From: an uncultured Muribaculaceae bacterium
Lineage (GTDB): Bacteria; Bacteroidota; Bacteroidia; Bacteroidales; Muribaculaceae
Length of the DNA: 64,000 nt
Direction: 5' to 3'
Assembly: GCA_964628205.1 (NCBI GenBank)
Contig: CAZVMM010000009.1
Span: 2,226-66,225 of the forward strand
The notes beneath the pieces are model-generated. The model saw only the letters and a program-made list of their open reading frames with translations, did not search any database and had not been told where the DNA came from. Positions 58,909 through 64,000 of this stretch are shown here, piece by piece. Made by a program: the position numbers and the translations under genes. Within the stretch, counting starts at the first letter, position 1, and each line of letters starts with the position of its first letter.

Positions 58909-61179
58909 TTAATGATTTAGTGATTGTTTTATCTGTTCGACTGCTTGACGGGCATTATCAGGAATGATGCCGATGGCCTCGAATTGCCTGAAGTCGTCAA
59001 GGAAAGTATCTCTCAATTCTTGTTTATACTCTTGGTAGATCGACATGGCCTGTTCTCGCTCTCCCATGAACAACAACGCCGCAGCCAGATTGGCCCGGAT
59101 GAATGTCTTGGTGCTGTCGATATCCAGCCCGGCACGGGCATATTCAGCGGCCTTGATGAAATTACCCGTCAGCAGGGCATGATTTGACAGGTTGCCGTAG
59201 GAGCGAGCCACATGCGAATTGTAATCCCGGGGCGACAGGCGGGCGAGTTCCTGGTTAATGTCCAGCTCCTCTTGGTAATACCTACCGGCATCGTCCCATT
59301 GGCGAAGCTTATCACAGGCGGTGGCCATGTTGCGCAATAGCTTTGCCTTTTCAGGACGATACGTGTCGGGGTTCAAAATCTCAAGGGCCGAATAGGCATC
59401 CAGAGCGATGCCAAACAGTGTTTTGCTTTTTTCCATTTCATCATCCTGGTAACATCTAACACCCTGCTGATAAGCCCGATCGGCAATCAGTGGCAGATAA
59501 CGCACCGGATTTTCGTAGGCCAGCTGCTTGTATAACTCCAGAGACTCGATAAGAGCACGCTCCCCCTTTTCTGGATCGCTGGTAGCGAAATAGAGGACCG
59601 ACAGGTTGTTGAGGGCGGTTGCCATCATGGGAGCGTAATACTGAGAATCGGCCTCTGAGAGGTGGCGATAGACACCCAGCGACTCGTCAAGCAGGCTGAT
59701 GGCTTGCTCGATATTCAGGTCATTGCGGTAATAGAGCGTGGACAAATTGATGAGTGTTGCCGCGTAGTCGGCCAGATAGGCGCCACTATCAGCCTTGCCC
59801 AACTGCCGGTAGAGCGCCAGTGCCTTGCTGAACATCAGTTCGCTGTCATAGAAACGTCCGCCAGCGGCGCCATAGAGCAGAGCCAGATTATTGAATGTCG
59901 AGGCCACGGCTGGGCCATAAATCTCGGGCATTTCTTGACTGAGCGGCATATAGATGTCCAAGGCATCATTGTAGAGGCGCTCGATGGTGGACAAATCTCG
60001 CGACTCTCTGGAATAGAGCACCGCCAGATTGTTCAGCACCGAAGCCAGCAGAGGTTTGAAGGTCAAAGTGTCAGCCGAGGCCAGACGGCGGTATATGCCA
60101 ATGGCTTCATCGAATAAGGGTTCTGCCATCGACGGTTGTGCCGACTCGGAATAAAGCATGGCTATGTTGTTGAGTGTCCTGGCCAATAGCGGTTCATACC
60201 GCCCGGGGTCCGTCTGGGCCAGGCCACGGGATGCATCGATGGCTTTCCGGTAGTACTGCGCCGCCTTGTCGGCCAGTCCCCGCTGCTGCAGGTAACTGCC
60301 GGCATCGGCTTGCCACTGAGGATTCATGGCGTCTAAGCCGGCTCGTTTCTCGATGTAATATGTTGCGGAATCGTTCTCGTGTGCCAGAGCAAAACGCTGG
60401 AAAAAGCTGAAGCAGTCACGGGCGATGTCCTCGCGCTGGGTTTTCTCAACCATTTCGCTCTTTTCCACCATCTCGCGCGATATCACATTCGCTTCGTGGA
60501 GCTGATTGAGTTCATTGATGCGCTCATTCATGTCGCCCTTGGTCCTGAGCAGGGAGTCGGCACTTGCCAGATTTCCGTTCAAGATAAAATCGCCAACGCG
60601 CCGGTTGAAGTCATCGAGCATGTCATAATCGATGGTAGCATAGTATTCCGCCATTCTGCGCACCAGCATCGCGTTCTTGTCCTGCTGGTCATAAAGGTCC
60701 TGAATCTGCTGCAGATACTGCTGCTGAGAGACCTTGTTCTGCCTTTTCAGCTCATTGATTTCATTTTCCTTCCTATTCAGGTCACGGGTCATGGCTTTGT
60801 TGATCTGGCGCTGTGCGGCCAATTTGTCCTCAAGCAGCTGATCTGGCGTATCCATGACCAGGATGATGGGACTAGTCGAGTAGGTATAGACCTTGGGTGC
60901 CGCATCGGCGTCGACCAGCTGATATCCTTTTTTCCTGACAGACTCTATCTTGAAACTCTTTCCCGGAATCGGGAAGGAGAACGAGCCGTTGCGGTTCTCG
61001 ACAACGACACTGGTTCGTCCCTGGATGTGCACGGTAGCGCCAGTGAGTCCCTGACCTGACTGGTGCCTGCCAGCGACCAGGCGGCCACGTGTTTTCACCA
61101 CCCCGTGCTGGGTCTGTGCCAATGCCCAAGCGCCCACAAATACGCAGATCAGAAACAATATCAGTTTTTTCATATTCAT
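58909..61179 (-). CDS. secreted CarboxypepD_reg-like + coiled-coil + multi-TPR (TPR_12-type) protein
   Basis: 756 aa with signal peptide MNMKKLILFLICVFVGAWALAQ. N-terminal beta-sandwich (GATVHIQGRTSVVVENRNGSFSFPIPGKSFKIESVRKKGYQ). A Q/E-rich coiled coil. At least 8 kinesin-light-chain-like TPRs (ALNNLAVLY..A..IY..L pattern repeated). Confidence 0.85.
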   Translation of the reverse strand: MNMKKLILFLICVFVGAWALAQTQHGVVKTRGRLVAGRHQSGQGLTGATVHIQGRTSVVVENRNGSFSFPIPGKSFKIESVRKKGYQLVDADAAPKVYTYSTSPIILVMDTPDQLLEDKLAAQRQINKAMTRDLNRKENEINELKRQNKVSQQQYLQQIQDLYDQQDKNAMLVRRMAEYYATIDYDMLDDFNRRVGDFILNGNLASADSLLRTKGDMNERINELNQLHEANVISREMVEKSEMVEKTQREDIARDCFSFFQRFALAHENDSATYYIEKRAGLDAMNPQWQADAGSYLQQRGLADKAAQYYRKAIDASRGLAQTDPGRYEPLLARTLNNIAMLYSESAQPSMAEPLFDEAIGIYRRLASADTLTFKPLLASVLNNLAVLYSRESRDLSTIERLYNDALDIYMPLSQEMPEIYGPAVASTFNNLALLYGAAGGRFYDSELMFSKALALYRQLGKADSGAYLADYAATLINLSTLYYRNDLNIEQAISLLDESLGVYRHLSEADSQYYAPMMATALNNLSVLYFATSDPEKGERALIESLELYKQLAYENPVRYLPLIADRAYQQGVRCYQDDEMEKSKTLFGIALDAYSALEILNPDTYRPEKAKLLRNMATACDKLRQWDDAGRYYQEELDINQELARLSPRDYNSHVARSYGNLSNHALLTGNFIKAAEYARAGLDIDSTKTFIRANLAAALLFMGEREQAMSIYQEYKQELRDTFLDDFRQFEAIGIIPDNARQAVEQIKQSLNH

Positions 61180-61195
61180 GAGATAAGGGGTTGTC

Positions 61196-63535
61196 CTAAA
61201 TTATGCCCAAAGAAACATCCACAATATTATAATCATAACTCTTGACCCGCGTCGAGAGTTCTTGCCAAGGTTTAAGGCAACCGTGAAGCATTCTCACCTC
61301 ATTCTTGTAGTCCACGTCGCCATGGTCACGGTAGCCCAGGATCTCGTGCGATGCCACCCAGCGCAGGTGTTCGGTCTGGGCAATCACGTCGAGGACACGT
61401 GTCACTGCCTGGTCGGGGGATGATTCTTGCCACAGATAAGTTGTCTGGTTCACCTCCCTGGACAAGACATGGCTTGTCAGCAGGGCAGCGCGATCATCAC
61501 CGAGGGCCAGCGCCGCCAGCTGCTGCTTGGTCAGCTTGTGGAAACAGTTCTCCATGTTCTGCCGCTGCATGCGCCTTAACTTGGTTATCCCCGTAAGCGT
61601 GGGGCTATACCCCGGATACTCGTCATCGTTGAGCTGCATCAGCCTGCGTTGCTGCTCATCCCAGCTCTCTATTTTCTCTCCAGCAGCGCCTTTCAGGTTA
61701 CGGATGGACTCCTCGTACTTCTCCATAAAAGCGCGCGCCTCGCGGTTGATTGTGTCGCCAACTACACTATCCCAAGTAAAGACCCCACTCAAGGAGCCAA
61801 AACAAGTAATCGGTGCATTGAGGTGCTCGGTCTTGGTAATCGTGTGCTGATGCTGGTGCCCGCCATCGCTGCAGCATTCGGCCGCCCACAAGCGGTTATA
61901 GTGCTCGGCGATGCGTTTCAGATGACCATCATGGTCGCCACAGACGCGCACCAGAATGCGTAAGTGCCTCATGTCCTTACGGTAACGCACCGCCAGCCGC
62001 AGGATCCGCACCGCCAGCGACATGTTAGATTCATCATCATCGAGGGTTATGACAACATAGTTGAGCTTGTCGATGATCTTTTCCACATATTTATAAAAGG
62101 CCACGCTGCCCGTGTCCACGTCATGGAGCAAGATGTGCGTGTTGGCCTGCGACGGTTCTCCGTCAAGCGCTTCACGGCACACGATAGCAGGAGAATTGAA
62201 GGCAAACACCCCCGCATGGGTCATGATGTCCTTATCGACCACATCACAGTGGAAGGGGGCGCGTTGCACATTATCATCAGTGCTGCCGCTCTTGACAAAC
62301 GACCCAAACTCATAGAGAAAGCGTACTGAGTCATAGCCCACCTCGCCAAAGCCGACAACCAAGGCGTTGAAGGCCGACGAAACTGTCGCGTCGTGCTCGA
62401 CATCAACGTAGCTGACAGGGTGCAGGGTCACATCCTGCTTAAGCATCTCTACGCTGATATGTGACGGATCGACTACCCGAACCGTGCAACGCGCGTTATG
62501 CTGCTCATCCTCAATGACACGGTGCATGCTGTTGTAACGCGCCTTGCAGTACAGCGTGACAGGCACGGTAGCGTCACCCACGGTAACGTCCCGCTTCAGG
62601 CATTGCACTATCTTGATGTTGACATCGTCCTTGTCGGTGAGGACAAACATGTGCAAGCTCCCGGTGGTCTTGCGCCGAATGATCCGAGCGAGCTGGTTGA
62701 GGTTGAGCATACGCTTCAGCACATCACTGTATCCTAGGCCGTCCTGTAGCGAAAGCTGAGAGGCGTCAGCATAGGTACCTGTCGTCAGACAGTCGAGCTC
62801 GATCAGGCGCTCCAGGTCATTATCGCGCAGGGAGACAAAATTGAATAGCCGCTCCATGCCATTCTTGACACTGCCGGCATCGCCCTTGTGGTTGGTGCGG
62901 ACAATGATGATGCGGAACGCACCTTCGCGGCCACGGTAATGTTCCTTGATGCTTTGGGCGAGCAGATAGGTGGGTTCGTTCAATCCCCAAAACACAAAAG
63001 TGTCCCGCTTGCCCCCGAGCACGTAAGCCTCGAGAAACATCCTGAAAGCGGCAATGATGTTGTAACCGAAGTGTCTGATCACAAACATCAGAGTGATGAT
63101 CGCTGCCAAGAAGTGTGCCAGCGAGAAAAACAGCATAAAGAGCCAATTGTGGTGAAATGCAGATTGAATGGCCGCCGCATCGCTCTCCAAGAGGAACATT
63201 TCGGTGGAATGGATGATAGCCATCGGCACATTAGTGAGCAGGGACCACCGGCTATGATCGATGTACATGCCGACATCATAAACCACAAACCCTAACAGCC
63301 ATACGACAAAAAAAGAGGTGGTCAGCATCCGGCTGGCCAACCGTGACCAGCGATTATGTCGGCTGCGATAGAGTAAGAGCATCAACAGTATCCCCAAGAT
63401 GACTGCCACCACACCCAACAGACTGCTGCACCGGGCCATATCAATCAGGAACGGGTTTGCGCCATCAGTCTCGAGCTGCTCATGCGGCAGACATGCAAAC
63501 CAGTTGGCTATATTCAATAGAGGGGATAGACTCAT
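61196..63535 (-). CDS. polytopic inner-membrane protein with two Rossmann-like (TrkA-N-like) domains and a RyR-like C-terminal domain
   Basis: 779 aa with about four N-terminal hydrophobic helices (aa 38-155). GxGxxG at aa 395-400 (VVGFGEVG, 62336..62353). C-terminal IAQTEHLRWVASHEILGYRD...LKPWQELS...KSYDYNIVDV resembles the bacterial RyR domain (recollection, not searched). CDS confidence is high; domain calls are moderate. Confidence 0.75.
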   Translation of the reverse strand: MSLSPLLNIANWFACLPHEQLETDGANPFLIDMARCSSLLGVVAVILGILLMLLLYRSRHNRWSRLASRMLTTSFFVVWLLGFVVYDVGMYIDHSRWSLLTNVPMAIIHSTEMFLLESDAAAIQSAFHHNWLFMLFFSLAHFLAAIITLMFVIRHFGYNIIAAFRMFLEAYVLGGKRDTFVFWGLNEPTYLLAQSIKEHYRGREGAFRIIIVRTNHKGDAGSVKNGMERLFNFVSLRDNDLERLIELDCLTTGTYADASQLSLQDGLGYSDVLKRMLNLNQLARIIRRKTTGSLHMFVLTDKDDVNIKIVQCLKRDVTVGDATVPVTLYCKARYNSMHRVIEDEQHNARCTVRVVDPSHISVEMLKQDVTLHPVSYVDVEHDATVSSAFNALVVGFGEVGYDSVRFLYEFGSFVKSGSTDDNVQRAPFHCDVVDKDIMTHAGVFAFNSPAIVCREALDGEPSQANTHILLHDVDTGSVAFYKYVEKIIDKLNYVVITLDDDESNMSLAVRILRLAVRYRKDMRHLRILVRVCGDHDGHLKRIAEHYNRLWAAECCSDGGHQHQHTITKTEHLNAPITCFGSLSGVFTWDSVVGDTINREARAFMEKYEESIRNLKGAAGEKIESWDEQQRRLMQLNDDEYPGYSPTLTGITKLRRMQRQNMENCFHKLTKQQLAALALGDDRAALLTSHVLSREVNQTTYLWQESSPDQAVTRVLDVIAQTEHLRWVASHEILGYRDHGDVDYKNEVRMLHGCLKPWQELSTRVKSYDYNIVDVSLGII

Positions 63536-63576
63536 ATTCTGATAAACATAAATTCACGAAAAAAAGAATGAATGCG

Positions 63577-63584
63577 CAAATTTA
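63577..63584 (-). promoter_or_regulatory. -7 box TAAATTTG for the six-gene TIR/caspase operon
   Basis: CAAATTTA on the + strand, 42 nt upstream of ATG 63535. It is the only TAnnTTTG match I found in the right orientation in the 184-bp divergent intergenic region. Confidence 0.5.
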
Positions 63585-63703
63585 GTAAAAAAAATAAAAA
63601 AATTGCCATGTTGCCATCCTTTTTTGGCTATTAACCTATTATTCACGCCAATCTGCTCAACCAAATCGTGGCGCACAATGCTGGATTGATGGCTAAAAAG
63701 TAT

Positions 63704-63711
63704 TAACTTTG
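63704..63711 (+). promoter_or_regulatory. -7 box TAACTTTG for the lolE-like gene (near-leaderless)
   Basis: The box ends 9 nt before ATG 63720. Confidence 0.45.
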
Positions 63712-63719
63712 CAGCCGGA

Positions 63720-64000
63720 ATGAATCACGAGTTGTACATCTCACGACGCATGACGCTGAACAACGAGCGGCAGAAAGGCTCCCCGAGTCTGACGGTCGCC
63801 CTTGTTGGCATTGTGCTTGCCGTGGTGGTGATGATACTGTCCATCGCCATCGTGATGGGATTCAAGGGTGAAATCACTGGCAAAATCATGCATCTGGACG
63901 CCCACTTGAGAGTCACCAATGCCGCGCTGGGCATCGATGACAACTATGCCACAATCAACGGCCGTGAGGTGCGTGAAGCCGTGGCTGGCGACAGCACCAT
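63720..64000 (+). CDS. FtsX-like ABC transporter permease (LolE/LolC-like), N-terminal fragment running off the window end
   Basis: My translation: MNHELYISRRMTLNNERQKGSPSLTVALVGIVLAVVVMILSIAIVMGFKGEITGKIMHLDAHLRVTNA..., the typical LolE/FtsX N-terminus. A TAACTTTG -7 box lies 9 nt upstream. Confidence 0.75.
   Translation, partial: MNHELYISRRMTLNNERQKGSPSLTVALVGIVLAVVVMILSIAIVMGFKGEITGKIMHLDAHLRVTNAALGIDDNYATINGREVREAVAGDST

Overview
The window looks like a Bacteroidota chromosome, probably Bacteroidales and Prevotella-like. This is inferred from a fused lpxC-fabZ gene, TAnnTTTG -7 promoter boxes, leaders without Shine-Dalgarno sequences, a T9SS-type C-terminal domain and a GT3-type glycogen synthase. 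No database search was possible. About 85% of the window is housekeeping: a partial [FeFe]-hydrogenase hydB/hydA pair, rpsA, prs, lon, mtnN, prfA, tsaC, a thioredoxin, the lpxD/lpxC-fabZ/lpxA operon, gyrA, dnaA, an MlaD-like gene, aroE, comEC, glmM, a DHH phosphoesterase, tamA/tamB, a glycogen phosphorylase and synthase pair, dnaK, udk, lptB and a partial lolE-like gene. I found no rRNA, tRNA, CRISPR array, transposase or integrase. The standout is a tightly packed six-gene minus-strand operon at 63535->53466. In transcription order it encodes: a multi-TM protein with Rossmann-like domains and a RyR-like tail; a secreted CarboxypepD_reg-TPR protein; an outer-membrane beta-barrel; a secreted LRR-caspase fusion with an intact His/Cys dyad; a single-pass TIR protein with the catalytic Glu retained; and a secreted metallophosphoesterase-beta-propeller. 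All six products are envelope-targeted. No known partner of TIR or caspase defence systems is present (ThsA, STAND NTPase, cyclase, gasdermin). The operon is lower in GC than its flanks by spot counts. I propose it as a candidate undescribed envelope-sensing conflict or programmed-death system. Secondary observations are phased AGTTAAT heptad tracts at several gene borders, leaderless promoter geometry at three genes, a 1246-aa amidase with a T9SS-like tail, and tandem TPR paralogs downstream of gyrA.
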